Assembly: GCF_036321535.1 (NCBI RefSeq)
Contig: NC_087437.1
Coordinates: forward strand, 66,776,001-66,840,000
Source: Camelus dromedarius
Lineage: Eukaryota
DNA length: 64,000 nucleotides
Direction of reading: 5' to 3'
Positions within the stretch are counted from its first letter, which is position 1; each line of letters starts with the position of its first letter. The position numbers and the translations under genes are program-made. This document shows, one piece after another, positions 50,641 through 64,000 of this stretch. The notes under the pieces were generated by a model. The model made no database searches. It was given only the letters and a program-made list of their open reading frames with translations, and had not been told where the DNA came from.

Positions 50641-53600
50641 GCTCTAAAAGTAATACTGGCCCGTGGTGCTGCAGGCGCTAATAAGAGTTTTGTCTCAAAG
50701 CCTCAGAACTCTTTAGACTATTGTCCCTGGGGTCCAATCAAACTGGGGACACCCTAGGACTCTGGACAGGGTAGAAGCTTGGTACAAAATGGCTGAGTAC
50801 TTACAGATGAAAAGAAAGCTTTCATTGTCTATTTAGGCCTGAAAGGAGTGATGCTGGAAGTCAGAGTCACAGAGCTAGTTCTGTGGGATTTATCATGAAC
50901 CCAAAGAACTTTGTCTCCTCCTACAGAGGTACACACAGTTGCTGATTATGATGCAATATTATAACTTCTTTGAATTGTTCCACTGATGGTTCTCTAAGTC
51001 CCTTTTTTGTTTTGTTTTGTTTTTCCCGGATCAGCGATCTTAAACGTTAAATTTTAATCCAAGCACAAAATAAATCTTGAGGTGGTTTCTGATGGAAAAG
51101 AAAACTTTGCCTTTGATTTACGTTTTACAGTTTACAAAACATTTTAAACTTCTTTCTTACATTTGATCCAATCTGGTACAACTAAAAGACATTTTACACT
51201 TAGAAATAAATAAGTATAAATAAACATATGTTGGGGTACTCCTTTCCTCAATCCCTAACCTTTTCAAGGATTTAGGGCAGAAAAGGCCAGCAGTCAAACC
51301 ATTTCTCTGAATCCCCCCAGAAGTAATGTCTGCTAAGCTGCCCCAGTTCCCCATGTGGCTGAGATCTGATCAGATCTGGAGAGGGAGACTGGAACAAGTA
51401 CAGTTTTATTTGGTCAGTTGTGTGGTCATGGTGGCCTCATTCTTTCATAGTGCAAATTGCATTTGTGTTTCAGGAAAATATGGCATGTCTCCATCCCCAT
51501 TCTGGATTTTTGTTAGGGTCTTGTACAGGTCATATTTCACCCCCTCTCTGAGTTCTGCATCCCTAATCTTCAAAGTGCATACACATAATGGAATATGACT
51601 CGGCAATAAAAAGCAATGATAAAGCATGTACGTGACAGAAGGCAGACTATGGAAGAGTACATACTATATGATTCTATTAATCTAGGACTCTAGAAAATAC
51701 AACCTAATTTTTAGTGAGAGAAAGCAAGGAAGAGGAAGGAAGTGGGAACTGCAGAGGGGCAGAGGAAACTTTTGGGAGTGATGGATATATTCATCATCTT
51801 GACTAGGGTGATAGAAAGGACCAAGGACCACTGGCAGATGAAGAAGAACTGATACTTGCAGGGGGAGGGTCACAGAGAGACAAGCCACTGAACAGGGAAG
51901 AAATCTCTGAGAGTCTGCTGCCATGCACAGGGGACAGAGTGAGGACTCCAAGCAGCTCTGCTCTGCAGTGGATGAGCCCATTCTGCTCCCACATTTTTTT
52001 CAAGAGATGAAGTAAAGATTTCAATCACTTTTCCATGATTCTTGATTGTCAGCAGAGAACTTCCTCGCTTCCCATTCCCTGGGAATCTAAGAGCCATCTC
52101 AGTGGCTCCTGTACCTTCTCTCTCTGCCGGCTCCCAGTTTTTGTTTCTGTCCCATCCGTCCTCTGTCCTGCGACTCCATCCCTCCTGTGCCACACTCCTC
52201 CCTCGCCTCTGTGAGTCTCCGCTTGCCTGAGAGCTCACTGTTCTTTGGCAATTCCCTGTTTTCACTTCTTTCTACTCTCTTCCTCCTGGCATAATGTGGA
52301 ATTATAGAAAAGCCTGAAAATTTGTGGTATTTATTTTTTAAAGTATAATATTCTCTGTTCTTTACAAAAAGCAAAGTAGCTGCTTTCTAATTTTCTGAGG
52401 AAAAAGAATTTTTAAATATCTTTAGACTTTAGCCTGTCCTCCTTTGAAAAAAGTTTCTTTTTTTATTTTTTAACCCTTAAAAATTGAGATATAATTCAAA
52501 TGCCATGAAATTCACCCTTTTAAAGCATACAATTAAGTGGTTTTCAGTATACTTACAGAGTTAAGCAACCATCATATTTCAGAACACTTTCACTACCCCA
52601 ATTCCGGGACATTTCTATATGTACAAGGTTATTCAATGCAGAAATTTTTTGCAATGGCACAAGATTGTCCATCAATAGGAAGCTGTTTATGTAAATAATG
52701 GAACATCCATGTAATGGAATACTATATAATCATCAGAAAGAATGAGGAACTTTCATGTACTGATATGCAGTTGTCTCCAATATATATTATTAAACAAAAA
52801 GATCAAGGTGCAGACCGTATTGGTATGCTGGCATTTGCTTTTTTTTTTCTTTACAGAAAACAAAAGAACAACTATACAATTCCTTTGTATATGCATTAAA
52901 TATCTGTGGAAGGACACATAAGAAAGTGACAACTTTAGCTGCCTACAGGAAAAAGAACTGGGAGGCTGGGGCCAGAGCTATGAGTCAATTCTTTTATACT
53001 TTTGAGTCTTTAACTATAAGAATATATTACCTTTTCCAAAAATTTTTCATAAAAAAGTCCAATTCAATAAATACTTATTGCAAACTTGCTTTTATCCAGC
53101 ACTAGGTGCTGGGTGTTGTCTCGACCTGTGTCATCTCCATTACTAAGTTGTGAGCTTCTTAGGACAAGGAGGACAGTACTGTCTTATTCATCCAGAAGAG
53201 CCTTGAAAACACATGCACTTGAAGTGTTTTGCTGAGCAGGAGATTGGCCATTATTCTCCAGATTGGTTTTCAGTGCTCCATTGATATCTGGGTCCTTTGA
53301 AGAAGAAAGCACTTTTTATGTGTCAGGCACTGCATAAGGTGCTTTTTTTTTCTCTTTTCATAGCATTTTCCATTCTATAATCATAGCCAATCCATGAAAA
53401 AGGTAAAATTCTTCATTTTGAAAATGTGAAAGCTGATTCTCAGAGAGGTTAGGTAAGTTGACCAACATCACATAGCCAGTAAGTGCCAAAGTGGGGATCC
53501 AAACTTAGGTTTGTCTGACTTTTTTCATGGTACCACATTGAGGAGGACAAAAAAGAAAGCCCCAGGCTACACCTGCCTGACTCAAACCCTCCCCACCTGC

Positions 53601-53819
53601 AGGGCAGGTCCCATGAATTGTTGGCCAAGTATGGAGGTAGCATTTAAGGAAAGCTGACTGGTTCCTTGCCCTTAACTACCCAAATGCCTGAAATTCTACC
53701 ACTGCAGCCCCTACCATCCATTACAGTGGTGATGGATTTTAGGTGTTCAACATCTAGCAGTTAACATTTACTTTTAAATTTCTTTTGAAAAGTTACAAAA
53801 GCAGTATGAAAATGAAAAA

Positions 53820-55430
53820 CACTTCCTGACTTCAGGCTATACTATAAAGTTATAATAATCAAAACTGTATGATACTGGTGTAAAAACAAATAGATCAACG
53901 GAAAAAAGTCAAAAGCCTAGATATAAACCCAAGAATATATGGTCTGCTGTATTTGACAAAGGGGCCAAGAATACTCAATGTAGAAAAGATAGTCTCTTCA
54001 ATAACTGATGCTGGGAAAATTGGATATTCACATGTAAAAGAGTCAAACTAGACCTATATCTATACCACTAACAAAAGTTAACTTGAAATGGAGTAAAGAA
54101 CTCAATGTAAGATCTGAAACTATGGAACTCTCAGAAGAAGACAGGAAAAAAGCTCCTTCACTGGGTCTTGGCAATGACTTTTTGGATATAGCACCAAAAG
54201 CAGAAGCAACAAAATCAAAGATAAATAAGCAGGACTACATCAAACTAAAAAGCTTCTGCACAGCAAAAGAAACAATCAACAAAGTGAAAAGGCAACCTAT
54301 GGAACAGGTAAAAATATTTGCAAACCATATATCTGATACGACGTTAATATCCAAAATATACACAACTCAATAGCAAAAAAATTAAGTAATCCAATTTAAA
54401 AGTGGGCAAAAGATCTGAATAGACATTTCTCCAAAGAAGATACACAAAAAGCCAACAGATACATGAAAAGATGCTCAACATCACTAGTCATTAGGGAGAT
54501 GCAAATCAAAACCACAATGAGACGTCTTTTCATGCCTGTTAGAATGGTCAACATCAAAAAGACAAGATTTAACAAATGCTGGTGAGAATGTGGAGAAAAG
54601 GGAGCCCTTGTGCACCATTAGTGGGATTATAATTTGGTGCAGCCACTATGGAAAACAGTATGGAGCACCCTCAAAAAATTAAAAATAGAACTGCCATATG
54701 ATCCAGCAATTACACTTCTGGGAGTACATCCAAAGGACACAAAAACACTAACTTGAAAAGATATCTTCACCTTCCTGTTCATAGCAGCTTTATTTACAAT
54801 AGTTGAGACATGGAAACAAAGTAAGTCTCCATCAACAGATGATTGGATAAAGAAGTTGTGGCATACATATGCGATCGAATAATATTCAGCCATAAAAAAT
54901 AAGGAAATCCTGCCATTTGTGACAACATAGATGGACATTGAGGGCATTATGCTAAGTGAAAGAAGTCAGAGAAAGACAAATACTGTATGATCTCACTTAG
55001 ATGTGGAATCTAAAAAACCAAAATAGAACCAAACTCATAGAAAAAAGATCAGATTTGTGGTTACCAGAGGCTGAGGTGGGAAGGGTGAGGTGCAGGAATT
55101 GGAGAAAGGTGGTCAAAAGGTACAAACTTTCAGTTACAAGATAAATGAGTACCAGGGCCGTGAGATGCAGCATGATGACTGTGGTTAACATTGTTGTACG
55201 TTATATATATGAAAATTGTGAAGGGAGGAAATCCTAAGTGTTCTCATCACAAGGAAAAGAAATTCTTTGCTTTCTCTTTTTCTTGCATCTATATGGGATG
55301 ATGGATGCTAACTAAACCTATTGTGGTCATCATTTCACAATAGATGTAAGTGAAGCCATTATGCTGCACACCTTAAACTTATACAGTAATGTATGTCAAT
55401 TATATCTCAGTAAAACTGGGGGGAAAAGAA
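53820..55430 (+). mobile_element. 5'-truncated older L1 (L1MA-like): decayed ORF2 3' part plus 3' UTR
   Basis: ORF2-like peptide KAEATKSKINKQDYIKLKSFCTAKETINKVKRQP; L1 3' UTR ending aattatatctcagtaaaactgggg; possible aatgaaaaa TSD. Confidence 0.88.
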
Positions 55431-58400
55431 TAAAGAATGAAAAAGACACACAAATACAAAGAGCAAAGAGTGTCTCCCTTTTACATCACCCTTCCCCGTA
55501 TCTTAAATGATAAAAATCACTGAAAAGTTAATAGTGTGTTTTTGCTTTTCTATATCCTTAACTTTGTTTTTCTGAATTTTCTCTAATGAGGATGAAGCAC
55601 AAATAATTTTTTCAAAGAAAGAAATAGGTTTTAAAAAACAAATTTCACTAAAGAAGCCAGAGGCCTTTCTGAAGTTAGTGAGGCAATTTCTGTCTATTTG
55701 TTAGTCCTTTCCAGTGACCCTGCAAGGTGGTTGCTCCTTGTTAAATAGAAGGGTTTGCCTAACTTGCAGGCCTGCTGTGGCTGAGGACTAGCTCTGCTCC
55801 ACTGCTGGGTGAAGCTCCTGATGGCAGATTGCAGCCTGGAGTCCCCTCCTTTCCTCACTTCCAGGGTCTCAGATGCTAGGTCCAGTCAGCTCTTTCCTGT
55901 AGAAGTGTCCAGTTCCCCCCCTGGTCCATGCCCTGACCCGTCCCAGCCAGGCCCTCAGGTCTCTGCTATCAGTGAGTGCACCAACTCTTTCCAATGACAA
56001 CAATTCTCCTACCTAAGCAGATGCACTGGGGGCCTATGTAGCCCAGGGGACAAGAAGGTGAATGAGATCTTTACCCTCAAGAAGCCAAGAAGGGAATAGA
56101 CGATTACTGTGTACCTAATATGTGCTCAGCCCTGAGTGCTACACTTCCATGCATGATTTGTACCCAGTTCAGTCCTCAGAACCACTTTATGAGGAAGGCA
56201 TTTATCCTTGTTTTATAAATGAGGAAACTGAAGCTCAGAGGTATTATGTAACTTGGCCAGTGTGAAAATATCAAGCAAAATATTAACGTTGAGGGCCTTA
56301 GAGAGGCACAGAAATGTGATAGCAGTTCTTCTAAACAGATTACACCACAGTGGGGGAAGTCAGGCAGGGCTTCTGGTGTTGAACAAGAACAGGAAATTGT
56401 GTGCATTAAAGAGAGCTGAGAGTATGAGAAGGAGCTGGTTAGAAAGTGCTGAGACAGGACCCTCGCCCTGGGTCCTCACAATGTGTAAGTGGATAGAGGA
56501 CTCGGAAGGCTACACATTAAGAACCCTGACACTGCTTCCTAGCAGTGATTTGAGATGCTATGTTGTGATGTGATGCAGTAAATACTATGACACAGACAGA
56601 AGCCTTGCGTCAGCTTCTGGCATATAATAATCACTTTGTAAACATCACCCACTTTCTGTTGGAGGTAGAGCAGGGACTGGCATACGCAAGGTGGGAAAAC
56701 AAGAAATAATGTGCTGAATCCCAGGAATGCTGACTAGACCAGTCTGGTGGAAGAGAAGGCAAACTCAGGTAAACTGGGGGAGCTTTTAATGACAGCCTAG
56801 GAAGACTACAATCTGTTCTGAGCTCCACTGCCAGACAAATCTTTCTAAAACACTATCTTGATGATAAAGCTCCCCGACTCCAAACCCTTCAGTGGCTCCC
56901 CATTGCCTATAGAATAATGTCCAATCCAGGCAGCTGCCTCATCAGGGGTATCCTGGAATTCCTCACCTCAAGGGAAGGGGCTTTTGAGCAAGGTGGGGAA
57001 GGGAGGGGATAAAGACTTGCCACAAACATATCACTCAGATGAGCAAAACCAAGGTGTCCCTTTAGGGTCAGTGCCGAGGACCTCTTATGCTTTGTCGAAG
57101 AGGAAGTGAGAAGGCCCACGCTTTTCTAGCTGCTTCCTAAACTTTCTTTAGGAGAGACTCAGAGACAAAAGGCTGGGTGAGGGCAGTGAAATATCTGGGA
57201 CCAAATGTCCGTCATCTGCTAGTTAACAAGCCAGTGGAAACAGCCTCAGAGGGACTGTCACAGGGGCTCTGGGTTTGCTTTTGTTTTGGAGGAGGGGACG
57301 GTTGTGACCATGAGGAAGGGTGGTGCTGAGTGGAGAGAAAGGGTGGGGTGTGATGAGGATACACAGAGAACAGACCTCAAGGAGCCCCCACACGGCCTTG
57401 GGCTTAGAGCTGGCCCTCGTCACCTTGTACACAGGAACTGTGCAGAAAGTGTCTCTTTGCTGAGAACGTCCCTCACTGAAAATAGAGGGTGCTAGGCTTC
57501 GTATAGTTTACAAAGACTTTTTTTTTTTTTGGCTGTTCTTTTCTACGGTCTGTCTTTGTTCTCAGGGGAGTGGGGGGCAGACGTCACTCACTCCATAAGG
57601 CTGCCTGTGGATGGCAGAAAGTTCGGTCACATCCCAGCAGCCTCAGGTCCGGCTGTGAGCATCAGCTTCCCTTTCATTGCCGAGAAATCATTTAAATTCT
57701 CAACTTAACTGCACACAGTCAGGGTGGCTCATGTGTTCAAGATTTTATTTTTGGACTAGCAGCCCCTCTCTTTCTTGCCACCCGCTTTCTGAGATGCCAC
57801 GGATGGGGGCTCTTCCACAGCGATGGATAGACAGGATGACCACATGTCCCTCCGGAGAGAGTCCCAGAAGAAGGGATGGAGCTGAGCAGGTTAATGAGAG
57901 AGAAACAGGGAAAATAAACCAGCTTCTTGAATTGTATGCTTCACTAACACCAATCATCTTAAGAATGAGGACAATGCAAGTTTTCTTCTCATGTGTGTCC
58001 AGACTTTTTTTGTTTGCATGCCTAGTAGGTGGTCATGGGATGCACTAACCAAACGCTATGTGGGGTCCCTTGCTTAATGATCATGATTTCATTTAATTCT
58101 CACAACTCTGAGGGGTAGACGTGACTGCTCTTATCTTACAGGTGGAAAACTAAGGTTTGATGGAGTTGAATGGCTTGTCCAAGATCAAACAGCTAGTGGC
58201 AAAGCACTGATGAGTCTGTCTGAATCCCAAGTTCATGCATTTTTCAGTACCTTACATAAGCATAACCTCCACACTAGGGGAACCCAGGCACAGACCAGGC
58301 ATGGCGAAGACCAGAAAGCAGCAGAAAGCTGGGGTGATTTCATGTCTAAGAGCAACCTGATGAGAGAGAAGGACCTACAACAGGGAGTTAAGAACCCCGG

Positions 58401-61400
58401 GTTCTAGCCCTGACCTCCAGGTACTAGATTTCAGACCTTTGAGGGGAGTAACCGTTCTCCTCTTTGAATTGCCCCTAGGTGTCTCCCAGATACCAGATGC
58501 TGGTTAAAGCAACACAAACCAGCTGTATGTCCTCAAGCAAGAAACAGCCACTCCCAGCCTCAGACTTTTCTCTGCACTAAGTTCAAGTTCTGGATCTAGA
58601 TGATTGCTTATTCCTTCCAAGGCCAACATCCCATGACCTGTGAACTTCCTGGATGAAGCCAGGGAGAAGCCGGGCTAGAAATGAAGAACTGATTCTACCT
58701 GCGACGTTCAGGTCCTCACTCCTACTGGTTCCTGTTTATCTAGGTCTTCTCGGGCAAAGCATTAGCATTATTTTTTGTTTGTTAGTTTTGGTTTTGTTTC
58801 TTATTTGTGTTGTTAATTGACTCCCCATCTTGCTCCACCCATAAGAACAAAAATTTGTGTTAAATAAATATAAACTTTGATCTCAAGAGTTCTACCTGCA
58901 TCTCCTTTGGTATTGCTGGACTCCTATTAACCCCAGGGCTATTTTTATTATTATGGAGGCTGGAGTCCTCCAGGGAGTGGGCTCTAAGTGGTGCTGAGTT
59001 CATCTGAAGGTCCTGTGACTGAGGGGACCGTGCCCTGAGAGCCAGAACTACCTCCTCTTCCTGGTTGTACCTTCTGGTTTCCCCCGGGGGAACTCAGCTT
59101 CCTAATGGTTTCCAGGCTTAGGGCACCATGGGTTCTTTTCATTTCTGTGCTTTCCTAAGATCAACTGTGCTAATGAAAGATGGGGAGCATTTAGAAAAAA
59201 CAACTTCATTGCTGGCCTGCTGGGCCTAGGCGAAGGACAGCCAGGTAGCGCTTATCAGCTCCTCCCTGCTCACCCCCCTCCCAGCATCCTTTCATTTCCT
59301 GCCCAATATTCCCGAGCCACAGGCAGCCATTGTTTCCAGAACCGCTGTGCTTGGAAGCCTGGGTACCGCGACCTCCCAGAGCTTCCTGTTGTTACAAGGC
59401 CTCTTTCCTGCTGAAAACAACGGCACTTCCCTGCAATGTGTAACCCTTTTGGGACAACCCGTTTCTTCCATGAACTTGTTCAGTGCTTGCAAACACTGGG
59501 TGCTCATTAAATTTATTTTATTTAGCTTTTTTTCCCCTTATTATACGAGTACTACAAGTAGAAAAAAAATTTAAATACAGATGAGTAGAAGGAAAAAACC
59601 CACCAAATCTCACCCCCTTCCATTAGAACTTGAAGCCTCTTTGGTGTTCATGGTTTAAGACTATGCATCTGCACACGCAGGCTCTCCCCTGAGACCAGGG
59701 CTGACCATTTCCAATGGCTGAAGATGGAGGGAGGGAGGCCTGCCTAGAAACTAGCCTCCGGGAGATTCTCATACCTTGGTGTGCAAAAGAGCCTCTCAGC
59801 AGCTAAAGAAAAGTGCAGACTCCAGGAGATTCCCCTACAAATTCTCAGGACTACCCTTGGAGAAACTCTAAAAGAGGTTCTCTTTTAAAAGTTTGTTTTA
59901 AAAAAGTGATAGGTGTTCATGGAGCACCTGAACAGGAAGGAGTCGGGGAGGCGGCAGAGTGGCGACGTTGCTGGGGCTTTTAGTGCTAGCAGTCTCCTCA
60001 GTCCATCCCCCTGCAAGCCACCAGAATGAGTTTTCAAAAACACAGATCTGATTGTGTTTGTCCCCAGTGAAGACCGAGGACCACAGAGGGCTTGCTCACT
60101 TCTTTACGACCCCTCCCCCAACACGACCCTCTCCAGTCACATCAAACTCCCCACCATTCCCTGAGCCTACCCGTCATGCCTTTGCACGCTCCTTGTGACT
60201 GAGATGCACCCAGATGCTCCAGCGTCCTTCAGAACCCAGGTGAGGGAAGTCTTCTCTAGAGCCTTTCCTGTAACCTCAAATAGAGTAAACTGCCAAAAAA
60301 ACAGGACACACAGCTCTGCTGTATTGTCTAGAATTCTGAACACTGTTTTATGATGTAAACCAAGGTTGTCTAATTTCTTTGAGTTTCTGTTTTTTGGTCT
60401 CAGGGAACATAGCTGAACATAAGGTAGAGTATTTTGGAAACTGATACGCCTCCCTTCCCCAGCTTTCTTTCTGAATCTCTGATGCATCACAACAAAAAGA
60501 TACGCTCCTGCAGGCACTGCACCTTCACCTTTGTGGGGAATGCATCGTTCTTCACGTAAAATCAGGCAAAATTAGTAGTGATCTGCGGTGTGTTAAAACA
60601 GCAAGGGATGATGGCATCCAAGCTTTTATCCTGAGGTTTTGCAGCTCAAAATGTACTCAGTATTCTGAATGTTTCCTATGGAGAACCAGCTTCATTCAGA
60701 AGCCAGGTACTGTAATTCCCTGAACCTGAATCCCTCTCCTTCCCCCCCACTATCATAACCCTGCTCTCAGCTCCGCCTTTAGAAGTGATTCTCCCCAGAT
60801 ATGCTGAGGACGGAGCCAAATGATAAAGATGGCATGAAGGATTACAGTCAGAGTTCGGGGCACTTCCTTTGAGGAGGAGGAAGTCATGAATAATATCTAA
60901 AGAACGTGGACAACTAGTAAAGAAAAGGCTAGTTCACCACGCAGACAGCGTTATTTCTAGTTAGAGAAGCTGGGTCTCAAACAGCTCACCATGCTTTTGA
61001 TTTCTAACTCTTGCTCTTGCCTTTTCCTTAACAGCTTCAAAATTGGAATTTACTCCTGCTTGCTTTTTGCTCAAGAAAGTGTTAGTGGTCAGATTTGATC
61101 CAGGGGTAGCCCAAGAATGAGCAGCTTTGAAATGGAAAGGCTCAGGTTCTGATCCCTTTTTTGAGGGTTCGGGGAAAGGGGTCAGGCATACCCCCAGGGT
61201 TCTCTGGGCACCAGAGGACAAAAGAGCCTGTGTTGGGAGTAACAGCCTAGAAGACGCTCTGAACGGAGACTGCGTCTCCACCCAAGCTTGTCACAAGGAG
61301 GCCACTGCAGAGCTTCCACGAAGAAATCAATGCCAAGAAATTGGTGTTTTAAAGGATCTGTCAGTATCACTTACAGTGAAGAGAACCTGGAGGGAGAGAA

Positions 61401-61423
61401 ACCTGAGATAATCCAGGCACAAG

Positions 61424-61434
61424 GTGACTCAGCA
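61424..61434 (+). promoter_or_regulatory. Candidate ARE/MARE (NRF2/NF-E2/AP-1) site GTGACTCAGCA in intron 1
   Basis: Exact match to RTGASTCAGCA. Motif evidence only. Confidence 0.35.
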
Positions 61435-64000
61435 CCAGGTCACTTCCTCTGAGAAGCCACCCCTGATCCCCACAGAAGAGTGAGTCCTTGTTCCACAGTC
61501 TTAGAACAACTGGTACACAAGTCATGCTTGATTAAGTGGCTTTTGTTTTCATGGTTTTAAATGCCTGCTTTTCTTCTATTCCCTTAACTCCATGAGGAGC
61601 TACGTCTATCTTACTCAACCTGTATGACACCACCCATGATTCCTACAGTCTGGGAATGGTCCTCCAGCAGCACGTGGGACGAGGCAGAGCGCACACGTGG
61701 ATGAAAGAGTGAAAAGACAGGCTGAGCAGCTGCGTGAGCATCACCTGGACCTCACGTAGGATGCGGCGAGATGACACCATCCCAGCAAGGACCAGGTTAG
61801 ACGCAAAGTGCACATCTGTCTCCACGGCTTTTTTCCTTCCCAACTTGGTATTTATTTTCTCCTGTCCAGCCACCCCTCCCCACCTGCCAGCATGCTCCAT
61901 TCTCCTTCCTGCTTCCCACTGGTTAGTCAACCAGAATCCTGGAATTTTGGAACGTCAGTGTTGGAAGGGATTTTTAAGATCACCTGGTTGAACCTGCCTG
62001 ACTCAGTGCCAGGAAACTGGGGCTCCAGGAAGTCTGAGGACTTATCCAAAGTCACTCAGCTGGACAGTGGTAAAGCCCTGGAGTTAGAGGGAGACTGAGA
62101 AAAAGGTACAGGAGTGTTGAAGAGTGATTAAGATTTCCTTTCTTTCCAATTTTAAGGATTAGGGTTTAAGCGTCTGGTAGGCCTCTCTCTGGCCCAGACT
62201 AACACACACTTTGGTGTCAGAAGTAATTTAGAGCATTTAAGCTGAGGCACACCCTTAGCAGTCAAACCAAATTAAGTATGTTTATTGGATCTTCACGTGT
62301 AAAACACTGTGCCAGACTTTTAGGATTCAAAGAAGTATCTTTTACTTAGAAGACACCGCTCGTGACCTCAGCATATGGTCCAGTTAGTTCAATTACACGC
62401 AGTTAAGTTGTGGGTAGAGCAAACTGTCAGGGGGGGCCCGTTCTCGCTCATCCTACAGCCGTCAGGCAGGGGTCACTGGGGCTTAATGAGCTCTCTCTGG
62501 AGAGGGAGGAGAGGGAGTCAGCTCCAGAGGCCCTCTCTCCCCTTCTATAAATTTGCTTCCTCTGCTTAAAAAGTGAGCAGCTGAACTTCAGCGAGGAGGA
62601 AGGGTTTTATTGTTTGAAAGACATCATGATTCCTGTGTAAAAAGGGTGTGGGCTTGCAATGGCTGAAACTCCCCGCAGAGAGATGGAATAGCAGACTCTC
62701 AGAGCAGCGTGGCAGGTGTGGCCTGGGGACACGGGCAAGGCAGGCCTGAGCTGGTTGAGAGGACTGGGGAACCTACCAGGAGGACCACCTCCATATGGGG
62801 GACAGAGCAGCCCTGGTGCCACAGGACCCAGTGGAGGGTAGTCAGCCGCTCAGGACCCAGGCCATGTGACCAATTCTCCATCCTGGGAACTGAGAGGGAT
62901 TGGAGAGGGCAGGCAGTGGGCAGCTGGTGTCCACATAAGAAACGTGGGAGAAGGCTAACAGATCCCTTCATGACTCAGCCTCAAGTGTGTCTTGGTTTGG
63001 AATCACTTGCTTAGCTCACTTCGTGGTCCTCTCTCACTTACCTCCCTTTAAGCATCTGGTAAGAGGGACAGATCAGGGAAAAGAAAAAGATCCCTGCCCT
63101 AGTCTTCTCCACTGTGCAAGCTGTGCTCACGTCCCACCCTCTCCATGAAGGCCTCCCAGATTCATTCGTCCATGAATTTGTGTCTTGGGGGCACCCACTC
63201 TATTTTGCTTCCCCCTCCCCTACAGCAGTGTTCCCTTGAAGCCTCATACTCACAAAGCCACGACTCCAAGTCTTCCCTGACTCCTGTTTACCCTCATGGC
63301 CAACATTAGGCCTGGCCAGGGGACATCTCTCACAGTTTAGCTCTGTCCAACAAGAGAAGGAACTGAGAGAGGGGTGGGGCAGCCCCAGGTGTGGATGTGT
63401 CAGGGGGCCAGAATCCTCGCCGGGTCAGAGGCATCCAGATGTGCAGAGGTGTTTGTGGGCTCCCCTCCCTGCAGAGACAAGGGGAAGCTACTTCCCCACC
63501 TGGTCTCTGGGAGACAGGGAGAGAGAGCAAGGACGAAACCAGTCTGGACACCCTGATCAGGGTTTCCCTTCCCATTGGGCTCTTTGTCTGCTAAGCCTGC
63601 CTCTGCATGTTCCCACCTCCTGGTGGTCTTTCTCCTTGGCTACCAAGTATATCTTTGATTGTATGAGTGTGTGGATGGGTGAGGATATTTTTGCAGCGTT
63701 CTTTTAGAAAAGGAGGGAGCAAGACACTGGGATCTCTCTGAGTTTAGGGAGTATGAATTTTTGGAGTACCACCTCCCACACTTCTCCTTTTTCCTTAGAA
63801 CATTCCCTGTGTGCTGGGCACTGGGATAAGTATCTCAAATGTATTACTTCATCCAACCCTGCAAGGCAAGTGTAACTGGCCTCATTTTACAGGTGAGAAA
63901 TCAGGGGCTGAGAGAGGTGTACCCTCGTGCTGAATGTCATCTGGTTTGTAAGGGGTGGAGCCAGCATTTAGGCAGAGTCTCTGACTCTGAATCCTGCTCT

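Larger units (their letters stand above)
47446..64000 (-). other. ARHGAP31: 3' part of ARHGAP31 intron 1 (exon 1 lies outside the window)
   Basis: No N-terminal MKNKGAKQK-type exon found upstream of exon 2; only repeats and unique non-coding DNA. Confidence 0.85.

Noticed and set aside
1..64000. CRISPR arrays, operons or prokaryotic defence systems
   Set aside because: The sequence is a mammalian intron-containing locus with no repeat-spacer arrays or gene-dense organisation.

Overview
This is mammalian genomic DNA, not prokaryotic. It is most likely a camelid (alpaca/camel): two Vic-1-like tRNA-derived SINEs and cetartiodactyl-type L1s are present, and I saw no Alu, Bov-A/tA, PRE-1 or Can-SINE. 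The window holds coding exons 2-12 of ARHGAP31 (CdGAP, a Rac1/Cdc42 GAP) on the minus strand. All 11 exons have GT-AG boundaries and consistent phases, totalling 4256 coding nt including the stop. With the ~100 coding nt of exon 1, which lies beyond position 64000, this gives ~1451 aa. A long 3' UTR runs from 8552 to about 4060. The rest is intron filled with L1, L2, MIR, MaLR/ERVL LTRs, hAT and Tigger DNA transposons and microsatellites. I found no novel multi-gene system. The most notable observations are: (1) a ~3.1 kb L1 with intact ends whose ORF2 is removed at a junction resembling a splice junction; (2) apparent loss of the proline at the ERK/GSK-3 regulatory Thr-Pro site of CdGAP; (3) a perfect 14-bp hairpin with a 22-bp distal copy in intron 1; (4) a weak acceptor on the in-frame-skippable GAP-domain exon 5; (5) a poly(A)-only retro-insertion; and (6) miR-200-family seed sites confined to the long 3' UTR. 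Comparisons with the human protein and repeat consensus sequences are from memory and need alignment or RepeatMasker confirmation. Repeat coordinates are approximate.
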